DNA of 22,130 nucleotides, taken from contig DAOVET010000038.1 in the NCBI GenBank assembly GCA_030668825.1, forward strand, positions 1 to 22,130, in the 5' to 3' direction. Position numbers and translations under genes: made by a program. The stretch is from Candidatus Heimdallarchaeota archaeon (GTDB lineage: Archaea; Asgardarchaeota; Heimdallarchaeia; Heimdallarchaeales; Heimdallarchaeaceae). Of the stretch, positions 8,553 to 17,709 are shown one piece after another (within the stretch, counting starts at the first letter, position 1; every line of letters starts with the position of its first letter). The notes beneath the pieces are model-generated. The model ran no database searches. It was given only the letters and a program-made list of their open reading frames with translations, and was not told the DNA's origin.

Positions 8553-9365
8553 TTAGTTGTTATCTACCAAATAAACACCATTCTTTACTGCTACTATTCT
8601 TACAGTCTCTTCTCTCTCATATCTTTTATAGAAATCAAAACTTTTAGCAGGTAATTTTTGTTCACCCAAACCTTCCCCTAAATCTACGTGAATCATTCCA
8701 CCTTTTGAATCAACTGCAACAAAAACTTTTCCTACTTTTCCAATTAGTTGGACTCCCCTGACTATTGGTTTAACTGTTGTTGCTGAAATTCTTCTCCAAA
8801 CATTTGTTATCACTAAAGCAAGTAGATAGGGGGAAATAACAATTATTACAATGCGGAAAATACGCAAGCCTATACTTGAAGAAGGTATTTTCAATGTTGA
8901 TAAACCTAGTATTCCAAACATTACTGAATAAGTAGATAAAATAAGAAAAATTGGTGCAGATGAATGAGTAACATCCCTTATCCCATCAGCATGAACTGCA
9001 GAGAGATCTGAATCTACATCATGATCCAAAGTAAAATCTTTGTCTAATGTGATCTCATGATCTACTGAAACATCATGGTCCATAGATATATCATGATCTG
9101 CCAATATTCCATGGTCAATAGATACATCGTGATCAATTGAAATATCATGGTCCATAGATATATCATGATCAATGGATATATCGTGGTCTACTGAGATGTC
9201 ATGATCTGCCGAGATATCATGATTCCCTGCTCCCAAAGCATGCATTAAGCTCTGAAAATTAAATACAAATGATAGAAAAACGAAGATTCCTCCTGCAATT
9301 AATAGACCTACAGCTAGATAAAATAGAACATTTTCAAATCCTGATATGAAAGATTCAAATGTCAT
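8553..9365 (-). CDS. NfeD/YqiJ-like flotillin partner: 3 TM segments, His/Asp repeat loop, C-terminal OB fold
   Basis: Three hydrophobic segments; C-terminal LIGKVGKVFVAVDSKGGMIHV...VRIVAVKNGVYLV is NfeD-like OB. Lies upstream of the SPFH gene; SD AGGGGA. Confidence 0.8.
   Translation of the reverse strand: MTFESFISGFENVLFYLAVGLLIAGGIFVFLSFVFNFQSLMHALGAGNHDISADHDISVDHDISIDHDISMDHDISIDHDVSIDHGILADHDISMDHDVSVDHEITLDKDFTLDHDVDSDLSAVHADGIRDVTHSSAPIFLILSTYSVMFGILGLSTLKIPSSSIGLRIFRIVIIVISPYLLALVITNVWRRISATTVKPIVRGVQLIGKVGKVFVAVDSKGGMIHVDLGEGLGEQKLPAKSFDFYKRYEREETVRIVAVKNGVYLVDNN
9009..9224 (-). repeat. Coding 18-bp tandem repeat, 12 units of DHD[IV]S[AVIM]
   Basis: Residues 48-119. An identical 27-mer ATCATGGTCCATAGATATATCATGATC occurs at 9072-9098 and 9144-9170. 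Confidence 0.92.
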
Positions 9366-9477
9366 TCAGTCCCCTACTCTTTAATCTTCTATCAAGAATA
9401 ATTTATACTTGCGGTCTTAAAAACCTATAGAAATCAATTGGAAAACAATTCTTATATTCCATAGATGTATTGATTAA

Positions 9478-10896
9478 TTGCTGATTGAGATGAAGAAAGA
9501 TACTGATTTTGAAATTTGCAGGAAAGAACTTATTGAGTCAGGAATTAATTTCGAATCTCACCATATAAACCAAGAAGTAAGAACAAATATCAGTCAAAAA
9601 ATTAAATCAAAGATAGAAAACATTCAAGAAATATCTGGAAAATTGAACTGTTCTATAGGTATAGTTGGTGGTTTTGTAAGAGATTTACTTCTTGAAAGAC
9701 AATCTGAAGATGTTGATTTCCTAGTTTTCAGAGGTGATTTCCATAAATTAACTCTAAAAATCGCGGAGACAATGGGGGCAAAGATTGGCAAGATGAGTAA
9801 TAGAACTCTCACAACACAAGTTAGATTTCCCGATGAAGTAGTATTTGAATTCAACTCAACTAGGAAAGAAAGGTACGAGTATCCTTCCCGAATCCCTATA
9901 GTAGAAAAAGCATCTATTGTAGAAGATTTGCAGAGAAGAGATTTTACCATTAATGCTCTAATAATGTTTGAAGATCTTTATATAGATCTTTTTGATGGAA
10001 CAGCTGATTTACAAAATCAACTTATACAAACAACTCGAGAACCTGATATTGTTTTCCATGAAGACTATCTGAGAATTTTTAGAGCAATAAGAATTGCATG
10101 CAAGCTTGGTTTTTCACTTAGTTCTGAGATTAATAAAGGAATAAGGAAAAATGCACCAAATTTGTTGGACATTCCTAAAGAAAGAATCCTCCAAGAACTA
10201 AAATTGTCCTTCAGTTATGCTCCAAGCAGAGCTTATAGACTGATTAGGGACTTAAAGATACTGGAAGTTTTGTTTCCTGAAGTAAAAAACATTGAATTGA
10301 ACTCTCAAGTTTTTACTACAAAAGATACATGGACGAAAATTGAAGAGAAAATAAATTTTCTAGAGATCAAAGGTTCAACAAATGTTAACCTCTTCATCGC
10401 TATGATTTTTGTGGAAATTGTATCTGAAAAATCTTCAGAAATGGAAGACAGAGATCTAGTTCAGATTGCAAATGAAATCCTTCAAAAGTATAAATTTTCG
10501 AACAGAGAAAGAACAGAAATAACAGCTTACATTAGTTTTCGAAATTCTCTGATAGATATAATAGAAAATCCTCCACAAGACTTTGAAATTAGAAAGATGT
10601 TAAGAGAACAAAGTGATTTGATTGATAACATTATATTACTGACTAAAGCAGAATTATCTACTAGAACCGAGGATTTAGATCTTGATCCTCTCTTAAATCG
10701 TATTGCTATGTTGCGGGATAGAAAGGATTTGATATTCTTTGAACCTGAACTAAATGGTCATGAAATAAGAAAGATTTTTAACGTTAAAGGTGAAAAAATA
10801 GGTACTATAAAATCAAAACTTGTTGAGGCAATAATGAAAGAAGAAATTAAAAATAAGAGAGAAGATTGCATTGCATATATTGAAAAAAACATGTAA
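9478..10896 (+). CDS. cca: Class II tRNA nucleotidyltransferase (CCA-adding type) with degenerate HD region
   Basis: VGGFVRD...DVD, loop RKERYEYPSRIP, DLQRRDFTINAL, EDYLR, PKERILQEL, C-terminal LNGHEI. The start may be ATG 9490. Confidence 0.85.
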   Translation: MLIEMKKDTDFEICRKELIESGINFESHHINQEVRTNISQKIKSKIENIQEISGKLNCSIGIVGGFVRDLLLERQSEDVDFLVFRGDFHKLTLKIAETMGAKIGKMSNRTLTTQVRFPDEVVFEFNSTRKERYEYPSRIPIVEKASIVEDLQRRDFTINALIMFEDLYIDLFDGTADLQNQLIQTTREPDIVFHEDYLRIFRAIRIACKLGFSLSSEINKGIRKNAPNLLDIPKERILQELKLSFSYAPSRAYRLIRDLKILEVLFPEVKNIELNSQVFTTKDTWTKIEEKINFLEIKGSTNVNLFIAMIFVEIVSEKSSEMEDRDLVQIANEILQKYKFSNRERTEITAYISFRNSLIDIIENPPQDFEIRKMLREQSDLIDNIILLTKAELSTRTEDLDLDPLLNRIAMLRDRKDLIFFEPELNGHEIRKIFNVKGEKIGTIKSKLVEAIMKEEIKNKREDCIAYIEKNM

Positions 10897-10935
10897 TTTA
10901 GAATTGTAGTCATTCTTCAAATTTAGATATGCATA

Positions 10936-11043
10936 CTAATTTTCCACATGTATAAGAGAATAAAATGCTCTTTCTACAACTTCATTTAAAGCAGGAAGAA
11001 TATGTATGCCTTTGTCTTTCTCCAATCTAGTATTGTCATTCAT
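10936..11043 (-). pseudogene. C-terminal remnant of a dihydrolipoamide dehydrogenase-like flavoprotein disulfide reductase
   Basis: Manual translation MNDNTRLEKDKGIHILPALNEVVERAFYSLIHVEN* resembles the HIHPALxEVVxRAF terminus. The catalytic His position is CTT (Leu), one base from CAT. Confidence 0.55.
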
Positions 11044-11803
11044 TTCTTGACCACTTATCTCTAATATCATTAATAGCTGTTCCAGGTCTTACTCCTTTTG
11101 GACAAACTCGGTTACAAACAAAGTATTTTTCACATGCTGGAACAGCATTTTCTTGCCACACTTTGTCTAATATTTCTTGTCTGTGTTCTTCTGATAATCG
11201 ATTATCAGCAACGAAACGATCTGCTTTAGCCAGAGCAGCTGGACCAAAATATTCTTTGTTATTGGCATTAACAGGACATGCCCAACACAGACCACAAGCA
11301 ATACAATTAATTAAGTGCTCTATTGATTTAGCTGCATCAGAACCCTGGTGCGATTCAGGTGCTTCATCATTCCACTCTCTTTTGAAATATGGTTCAACTT
11401 TTCTGTAAAACTTCCAGAAAGGTTCCATATTAACTACTAAATCTTGAATGACTTCCATATTAGGTAATGGCTCAATAAGTATCTCATTTTCCTGATCCCA
11501 ATCAGAGATTTGACCAAAATTAAACTCTGGAAGCTTAACTGGTTTCTTTTTGGTTTTAACAGCGGATATCTGCGTCCTACACGCAAGCTCTGGAACTTTG
11601 TCTATAGTCATGCCACAGCTGCCACAAATCGCCCCTCTGCAAGAATATCTAAAAGCTAGTGTTGAATCATAGTTATCTTGAATATAGAAGAGTGCTTCTA
11701 GAATTGTAAGACCTTTTCTCTTTGGAACTTCGAATCTTTCGTATCTACTTTCTTTATCTTCTGAATCCTTTCTAAATATTAGAAATTTCTGCATCTCTAC
11801 CAT
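11036..11803 (-). CDS. sdhB: Succinate dehydrogenase/fumarate reductase iron-sulfur subunit
   Basis: SCRGAICGSC...LAC [2Fe-2S]; CIACGLCWACP; CEKYFVCNRVCP [3Fe-4S]; 1-nt TAATG overlap with sdhA. Confidence 0.92.
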   Translation of the reverse strand: MVEMQKFLIFRKDSEDKESRYERFEVPKRKGLTILEALFYIQDNYDSTLAFRYSCRGAICGSCGMTIDKVPELACRTQISAVKTKKKPVKLPEFNFGQISDWDQENEILIEPLPNMEVIQDLVVNMEPFWKFYRKVEPYFKREWNDEAPESHQGSDAAKSIEHLINCIACGLCWACPVNANNKEYFGPAALAKADRFVADNRLSEEHRQEILDKVWQENAVPACEKYFVCNRVCPKGVRPGTAINDIRDKWSRNE

Positions 11804-13518
11804 TAATACACACGCTCCTTTACCTCAAATTGACCAAGTTTCACGGGTTTAGTTTCAATTTTCAATTTGCTTTCTTCATCTCTTGTAACCATAGAATGAA
11901 CAAGAAATTCTTTATCATTACGGTTTGGAAAATCTATTCGAGAGTGCGCTCCTCTGCTCTCTTTTCTCCACAGAGCTGAAAAAGCAGTAACTTCTGCGAT
12001 ATCAAGCATATTTCTAAGTTCAAGTGTTCTGATTAAACCAAAATTAAACTTCCTCTTAGAAGTGGAAACTTTTACGTTTTTAAACTCTGTTTGCAATCTG
12101 CAAATCACCTCATATGCTTCTTTAAGCTCATCTTCTGTTCGAAAAACGCCAACTTTAGTATCTAATGCTATTCCCATTGCCTCTTGAATCTCAAAAGGTT
12201 TCTTACCTAAGCTGTTATCCCATTTCTCAAGAAGTTCCTCAATTTCTTTGATAGCTTCTTCTTCAGCTGCCATTACTCTAATTTCTTCCTGCAGATTAGG
12301 CAAGCCTTTCTCTAACATCAAACTCCCAACATGTCTACCGAAAACAGCTGTTTCGAGCAAAGAATTTCCTCCTAATCGGTTAGCTCCATGAACGGATATA
12401 CAAGCTGTTTCTCCAACAACGTAGAGACCAAAAAGTATAGTTTCACACATATCCCCATCAGATTTTGTACCAACTCCACCCATTGAATAATGTTGTCCTG
12501 GTTGTACAGGGATTGGTTCATTGATAGGATCGACACCAGCAAAACAAATAGAAATTTCTCTTATTCCCGGTAATCTTTCTCTAATTCTTTCTTCACCAAG
12601 GTGTGTAAGATCTAAATGAACATAAGCATCTTCAAATCCTCGTCCCTCTCTGATTTCAGTATCAATAGCTCTAGCAACAATGTCTCTGGGAGCTAATTCT
12701 TTAGCATCAGGTGCAACATCTAACATGAACCTTTCTCCAAGATTGTTGTAGAGTAATCCACCCTCACCTCTTGCCCCTTCAGTAATCAGAATGTTAGTTC
12801 CATATAGGGTTGTAGGATGGAATTGAACAAATTCAACATCTTGCATAGGAACCCCTGCTCTAAAAGCCGCACCTACACCATCACCTGTATTGATAATGGC
12901 ATTAGTAGAACGTTTGTAGGTTCTACCAAATCCTCCAGTAGCTAAAATGACATAACCTGATCTAAAAACAACTAATTCCCCGGAAGTCATGTCTAAAGTC
13001 AATATGCCTGTTATTTGATCATCAACTTGTATCAAATCTATTAGGAAAAACTCATCAAAGAATTCGACATTCTTATGAACACATTGTTCGTAGAGGGTGT
13101 GAAGTAGAACATGACCCGTTCTATCTGCAGCATAACATGTTCTTGGAAACCCCGCTCCTCCAAAAGGCCTTTGTGCAATAAGCCCAGAATCTAACCTAGA
13201 AAATGGCGCCCCCATACTCTCAAATTCAACTACAATTTTTGGTGCTTCTTCGCACATTAGTAAAACTGCATCTTGGTCGGCTAAATAATCGGAACCATAA
13301 ACCGTATCATAAGCATGCTTTTCAGGAGAATCATCTTGTCCATCTTCAGTGTTTCCCAAAGAAGCGTTAATACCTCCTTGAGCGGCACCAGAATGGCTTC
13401 TAATTGGATGAACTTTGCTGACAACAGCAACCTTCCAGTGTTCAGAAAGTTCAAGAGCTGCACGTAAACCGCTTAAACCAGCTCCGACAACAACAATATC
13501 GTATTCTTCAATTTTCAT
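11803..13518 (-). CDS. sdhA: Succinate dehydrogenase/fumarate reductase flavoprotein subunit
   Basis: [16 protein letters not shown] (covalent-FAD His), [43 protein letters not shown]. Confidence 0.95.
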   Translation of the reverse strand: MKIEEYDIVVVGAGLSGLRAALELSEHWKVAVVSKVHPIRSHSGAAQGGINASLGNTEDGQDDSPEKHAYDTVYGSDYLADQDAVLLMCEEAPKIVVEFESMGAPFSRLDSGLIAQRPFGGAGFPRTCYAADRTGHVLLHTLYEQCVHKNVEFFDEFFLIDLIQVDDQITGILTLDMTSGELVVFRSGYVILATGGFGRTYKRSTNAIINTGDGVGAAFRAGVPMQDVEFVQFHPTTLYGTNILITEGARGEGGLLYNNLGERFMLDVAPDAKELAPRDIVARAIDTEIREGRGFEDAYVHLDLTHLGEERIRERLPGIREISICFAGVDPINEPIPVQPGQHYSMGGVGTKSDGDMCETILFGLYVVGETACISVHGANRLGGNSLLETAVFGRHVGSLMLEKGLPNLQEEIRVMAAEEEAIKEIEELLEKWDNSLGKKPFEIQEAMGIALDTKVGVFRTEDELKEAYEVICRLQTEFKNVKVSTSKRKFNFGLIRTLELRNMLDIAEVTAFSALWRKESRGAHSRIDFPNRNDKEFLVHSMVTRDEESKLKIETKPVKLGQFEVKERVY

Positions 13519-13597
13519 GAAACAACCTTCAAAGGTATTTTTAACAAGAAGACAACTTTTGTTATATAATTTTAACTTTGCGTCAAAAAAAGAAAAA

Positions 13598-15937
13598 TTA
13601 TTTATCTAATTTTCTTTTTCTCTTGAAAAAAACTCCAGAGATTGTAACAATTAGAGTAGCCGATACAATTAGCAATTCAATTTTTCCGATTTCATGTATA
13701 ACAGCTTGAATACTAAAAGAATAATAATTTCCTTCATTATCATTAAAAGCATAGTTTTTATTTGATGAATTATCAAATGCGCTAATATAATAAGTAATCT
13801 GTTCTCCAACTGGGAAAGGTTCTAAAGTATAGAAATAAGTTGAGTTCTCTAGAAAAGTCATGTTATGAGAGTTCCATATGTCTGTATTGTTTTTGAAAAT
13901 AATATGAGCAGATACAACTCCAGAAGGATCAATTACCTCTGCACTCACATTAATAGAGTCTTCACTAGTTGGTGATACAGGATTATGTTTGATATTGGAA
14001 ATTGTAGGACCTGTTGAATCTAGTTTAATTAAAATAATTTCAAAACCATCATTGACATTTGCTACATATATATAGTTATTGTCATAGAAAATTTCACCCC
14101 AACCAGATCCACCATCATCGAATTCACCCACAATAATAGGATTTGAAAGATCAGAAATATCGCACATTTCAAGACCAGAATGATGTGTTAGGAGATATGC
14201 GTATGATCCTTCAACAAAAACACCTATATCGGGTGTTTCTCTCGCAATGAGTTGAGGATTTGAGGGGTCGGTGATATTTACAATTTCAAAACCATACATG
14301 TCGACTGCGAGATAAGCAATAGAACCAATAACTTGAACATCATTTATCCATTTATAAAAAGGAGGTCCTCCTCCGTACTCGCCAACAAAATAAGGGAGAC
14401 TCGGATTAGAGATATCTAAAATTTTAAACCCTTGACCACTACCATAGCCAACATATGCATAGTTTCCATTAGCAAAAACACATTGAGCGTTGTCTCCATC
14501 GGTATAGTTTCCAATTTTTGTTGGAACTGTAGGATCCGTTACATCAATAATGTGTAATCCTCCACTGCCAAAAGTAGCATAGATGACATTTCCTGACACA
14601 TAGATATCGTTAGGATTCTCATTATAAACCCCTAGTTGTACTGGAATTAGTGGATTAGAAACATTAACTATCTGAATTTCTCCAAAATCAACATAAGCAA
14701 TATTCCCACTCACAAATACATCATTTGCTGATGATCCAGGATTGTATTGAGAAATATTAATGGGGGATGACTTGTCGGAAATATCTAAAATTCTCATTCC
14801 TTTAGATTGAGTAGCAATATAGGCATAGTTTCCTAAAACATGAAGATCATAAACTTCGCTTGTATCACAATCAAAAGAGCCCTCTTTGATGGGATTTGCT
14901 TTGTCTATAACATTTATACATTCTAAACCATGATCAGGATTAGCCAAATAAACAAAGTTGTTAGTGTAAAATACTCCTGAATAAAAACCATTTCCTGTTA
15001 ACGGATATGTTCCAATTTCCTCTGGAGTACTAGGATTGGACACATTTAGTATTTTCAGATCATCACTAAAACCAACATACGCAATTCCGTTTTCAACATG
15101 AATATCCCTTGGTGAATTTGTTGTTGTTCTGTCAAATTGTCCTACCTCTTGGGGATCTGTTTTATTAGATATATCTATTATTTCTAATCCTTCGGCAGCA
15201 TCAAGTACATACGCATAATCATTTTCGACATATATGTCATAAGTTGTTCCTCCATCATTAAACTGTGATACCAGAGTAGGATTGGCTTTATCTGAGATGT
15301 CAATAATTTCTAAACCGTAAGATCCATAAGCAACATAAGCATATTCTCCTACTATAGAGATATCTTCTGCAGAACTAAATGATTCCAGATAATAACCAAC
15401 TTTGTATGGGTTCATAGGATCAGAGACGTTCACTATTTCAAACCCTCCATTACTTCCATCAGCAATATATGCATAATCACCTTCAATGTAGATGTGTCTT
15501 GCTTGACCCCCATCAAAAAATTGTGACAGTTTAACAGGATTAGTTGGATCAGAAACATCCAGAATTTCAAAACCGTCACCATATTCAGCTACATAAGCGT
15601 AATTATCACTAACAAAAACACCTTGAGCAAAACCTCCATCATCAAATTCGCCTAGTTTCTCGATATTATTTAAATCAGAGATATTTAGAATCAACAGTCC
15701 TCCATATGTATAAGTTAAGTAAGCGATAGAACCTGCAACCATAACCTCATATGCTTCTCCATCATGATAGTCTGATACTTTTTCTAGCTCAAATGTATCC
15801 ATATTCAAACTCATAGGGTTTTTATAATTATCATTATTTGATTGAATACAAATTATTGATGTGTTGAAATTTACTAAAAAGAGAATTATAACTAAAGAAT
15901 AACTAAATCTTAATACTGTCTTCATTCGATTTTTCAT
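13598..15937 (-). CDS. Cell-surface LVIVD-repeat protein (14 repeats, beta-sandwich domain, C-terminal TM anchor)
   Basis: Signal-like N terminus; 14 repeats of about 42 aa of type YAYVA-x3[10 protein letters not shown]; terminus VIHEIG-TM-KRKRK; many N-x-S/T sequons. Confidence 0.9.
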   Translation of the reverse strand: MKNRMKTVLRFSYSLVIILFLVNFNTSIICIQSNNDNYKNPMSLNMDTFELEKVSDYHDGEAYEVMVAGSIAYLTYTYGGLLILNISDLNNIEKLGEFDDGGFAQGVFVSDNYAYVAEYGDGFEILDVSDPTNPVKLSQFFDGGQARHIYIEGDYAYIADGSNGGFEIVNVSDPMNPYKVGYYLESFSSAEDISIVGEYAYVAYGSYGLEIIDISDKANPTLVSQFNDGGTTYDIYVENDYAYVLDAAEGLEIIDISNKTDPQEVGQFDRTTTNSPRDIHVENGIAYVGFSDDLKILNVSNPSTPEEIGTYPLTGNGFYSGVFYTNNFVYLANPDHGLECINVIDKANPIKEGSFDCDTSEVYDLHVLGNYAYIATQSKGMRILDISDKSSPINISQYNPGSSANDVFVSGNIAYVDFGEIQIVNVSNPLIPVQLGVYNENPNDIYVSGNVIYATFGSGGLHIIDVTDPTVPTKIGNYTDGDNAQCVFANGNYAYVGYGSGQGFKILDISNPSLPYFVGEYGGGPPFYKWINDVQVIGSIAYLAVDMYGFEIVNITDPSNPQLIARETPDIGVFVEGSYAYLLTHHSGLEMCDISDLSNPIIVGEFDDGGSGWGEIFYDNNYIYVANVNDGFEIILIKLDSTGPTISNIKHNPVSPTSEDSINVSAEVIDPSGVVSAHIIFKNNTDIWNSHNMTFLENSTYFYTLEPFPVGEQITYYISAFDNSSNKNYAFNDNEGNYYSFSIQAVIHEIGKIELLIVSATLIVTISGVFFKRKRKLDK

Positions 15938-16217
15938 ATTTTACACCCAAAAGTATCAAATTATGTTTATATATTTGAAGTATTTAAGTTTATATCATCA
16001 AATATTATCTTATTTTCATATTCAAACTCTTCAAGACTCATTTACAAATTGTTAAACAATAGGTAATACAATTTTCAGCTCTAAGGATTCTTATTAAAAA
16101 ATTCAGCAGTTTTTCTGTCTAGAACATTTTCTTTAGCAAACGTTAATATTGGTGTAATTGTGAAGTATATTTTGAAGATATACGGGGGAAAAGTTACTTT
16201 CACTTGGGGTGTGAAAA

Positions 16218-16727
16218 ATGACTGAAAACAATAACAACAATATAGAAGAAATGTTAACGACCTTAGAAAGTTATGTTCAACAAGCAAAGCTGAACAGAAT
16301 TAAGGGAGTTCTTGAGAACTATGTGAGGGAATGGGAAGTTAAAGCGAATGTGATAATACCTACGAGAATAACATATCCAAAACCTATTTTCCTGTATCTT
16401 GAAGAATTAAACGAAATCCCCATGGAGGTCTTTGACTGGATAAGTGAATTTAGCAAATATTATGATATGAAATATGTCAACTTAAAGGGGAATTTGTTTG
16501 CACTGTACATCTACAAAGACTTTGATCGAAGAGAGGAGAAGGGAGAAAAAGAAGCTTCATTGTATGAAATCTATGAGAGAGAAAGAAAGTCAATATATCA
16601 GAGAGAAGATATCAAAGAAGAAAGTGTATATGATTACAATATTAAGAAAGGAATAACACCTTTAGTTACTGGAGAAAGAGAACGAAAAATAAAAGCAATT
16701 AAAAAAGATAACAAAGAAGAAGAATGA
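16218..16727 (+). CDS. Hypothetical protein, 169 aa, charged C-terminal half
   Basis: ATG with SD-like GGGGTGTG; no recognisable family. Confidence 0.7.
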   Translation: MTENNNNNIEEMLTTLESYVQQAKLNRIKGVLENYVREWEVKANVIIPTRITYPKPIFLYLEELNEIPMEVFDWISEFSKYYDMKYVNLKGNLFALYIYKDFDRREEKGEKEASLYEIYERERKSIYQREDIKEESVYDYNIKKGITPLVTGERERKIKAIKKDNKEEE

Positions 16728-16882
16728 TTTCGCAGGTGAAACAATTTTAACATAGTTTAATGATAATCACTTTTAGAAGTTAACAAAAATCTAGAAAAAC
16801 TACACATTTGTGAAGTAAAAACTACATTTTTCTAAATGTTAGATGATAAAAGTGTCCAAAGTACTCTATATCATGGAGAAAA

Positions 16883-17071
16883 ATGATAAAATCAAGCAAT
16901 ATTTACCTCTATAAGGACTGGAAAATTGTAAAGAAAATAGAAATAAATCGAAAACTAGAAAGGGAAATTGAAGCAATATTGAGCAAAAGCATCTCTGTAA
17001 AAAGCGAAAACAAAAATAGTAGTTACCAGAAAAAAGGAAAATTAATATTTAGAAAAGAAAGAAGAAAGTAG
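16883..17071 (+). CDS. Possible small basic protein, 62 aa
   Basis: ATG preceded by GGAG; Lys/Arg-rich, in A-rich DNA. Confidence 0.35.
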   Translation: MIKSSNIYLYKDWKIVKKIEINRKLEREIEAILSKSISVKSENKNSSYQKKGKLIFRKERRK

Positions 17072-17103
17072 ATAGTGTTTATCAATGCTTAAACGAATAG
17101 CTC

Positions 17104-17481
17104 TTGTTCATGATTAGATCATCTGTAATTAAATTTACAATAGCAGGAATAGTTGGAATCACTCTAGCAGCTCTAGGGATGAGATTTTTTATTTCCTTCT
17201 TCAGTGGAATGGGTGTGATGTTTATTGGTATACTAGTAGAGGGAATTATCATAAACAGGAAAAGAAAAAAAGGGAAAAACTGCAGAATTCTAACGTTTCA
17301 GCTTGAATCATTAAGTTTGGAGTCAAATTCTTGGGTTTTCAAATTCACCTTAAATAATTTTCGGAAGCGTCCTTTATCCTTAAAAGGAGAAATCTCGGGT
17401 AAAAAGCCTTCTAACAGGAAACAAGATATTTTTCAAGTCATAGAAACATTTATAAGGGAGAAGCGAAGTTTAGGAGTTTAG
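17104..17481 (+). CDS. Possible small two-TM membrane protein
   Basis: Two hydrophobic segments followed by NRKRKKGK. Start uncertain (TTG 17104 or ATG 17110); the 3' part overlaps a probable tfb promoter. Confidence 0.35.
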   Translation: MFMIRSSVIKFTIAGIVGITLAALGMRFFISFFSGMGVMFIGILVEGIIINRKRKKGKNCRILTFQLESLSLESNSWVFKFTLNNFRKRPLSLKGEISGKKPSNRKQDIFQVIETFIREKRSLGV

Positions 17482-17505
17482 CATAGAGCTGCGAAAGATT
17501 TAAAA
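17443..17505 (+). promoter_or_regulatory. Tandem BRE/TATA elements upstream of tfb
   Basis: GAAAC-ATTTATAA (17443-17455) and CGAAAG-ATTTAAAA (17492-17505). Confidence 0.5.
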
Positions 17506-17529
17506 AGAGAAGTGTCGGGACATTTGGAA

Positions 17530-17709
17530 GGGTTCTCTCTTATTTTATGAGGTTGAAACATGAAATAGTGCTGGGATTCACACCAAACAACTAGCATTAA
17601 GTGAGTAGTGTTGTACAATAAAATCATTGTAATGCGTAAAAAAGATTACTGCTCTGTTTAGTTTTTCGTTAAGAATATAACAGACAATTCATTGTAGGTT
17701 GATACAAGA
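17530..17709 (+). ncRNA. Candidate structured 5' leader of tfb
   Basis: Stems at 17566-74/17591-99, 17603-10/17647-54 (enclosing 17614-19/17626-31) and 17653-58/17679-84; two uORFs. Confidence 0.3.

Noticed and set aside
9009-9224. Tandem repeat as a CRISPR array
   Set aside because: 18-bp in-frame units with synonymous variation, no spacers and no cas genes.
9478-10896. Poly(A) polymerase (pcnB)
   Set aside because: It lacks the G[RK]RF upstream signature; the loop and C terminus are CCA-like.
267-10896. A single functional island of eukaryote-like genes
   Set aside because: The candidates are interspersed with metabolic genes on different strands with separate promoters; nothing in the sequence links them, apart from the longin-methyltransferase adjacency reported separately.
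10986-11039. 17-aa minus-strand ORF MTILDWRKTKAYIFFLL overlapping the sdhB stop, as a mini anchor
   Set aside because: Too short for a TM anchor; the alternative frame gives a recognisable reductase motif.
11036-13518. Thiol:fumarate reductase TfrAB or L-aspartate oxidase
   Set aside because: The B subunit has no CCG domains; A has the covalent-FAD His and is coupled to an Fe-S subunit.
16227-16241. AAC/AAT run encoding poly-Asn
   Set aside because: Only five mixed codons; ordinary low complexity.
17530-17709. tRNA, SRP RNA or RNase P RNA in the tfb upstream region
   Set aside because: No cloverleaf, T-loop or other conserved motifs, and too AT-rich.
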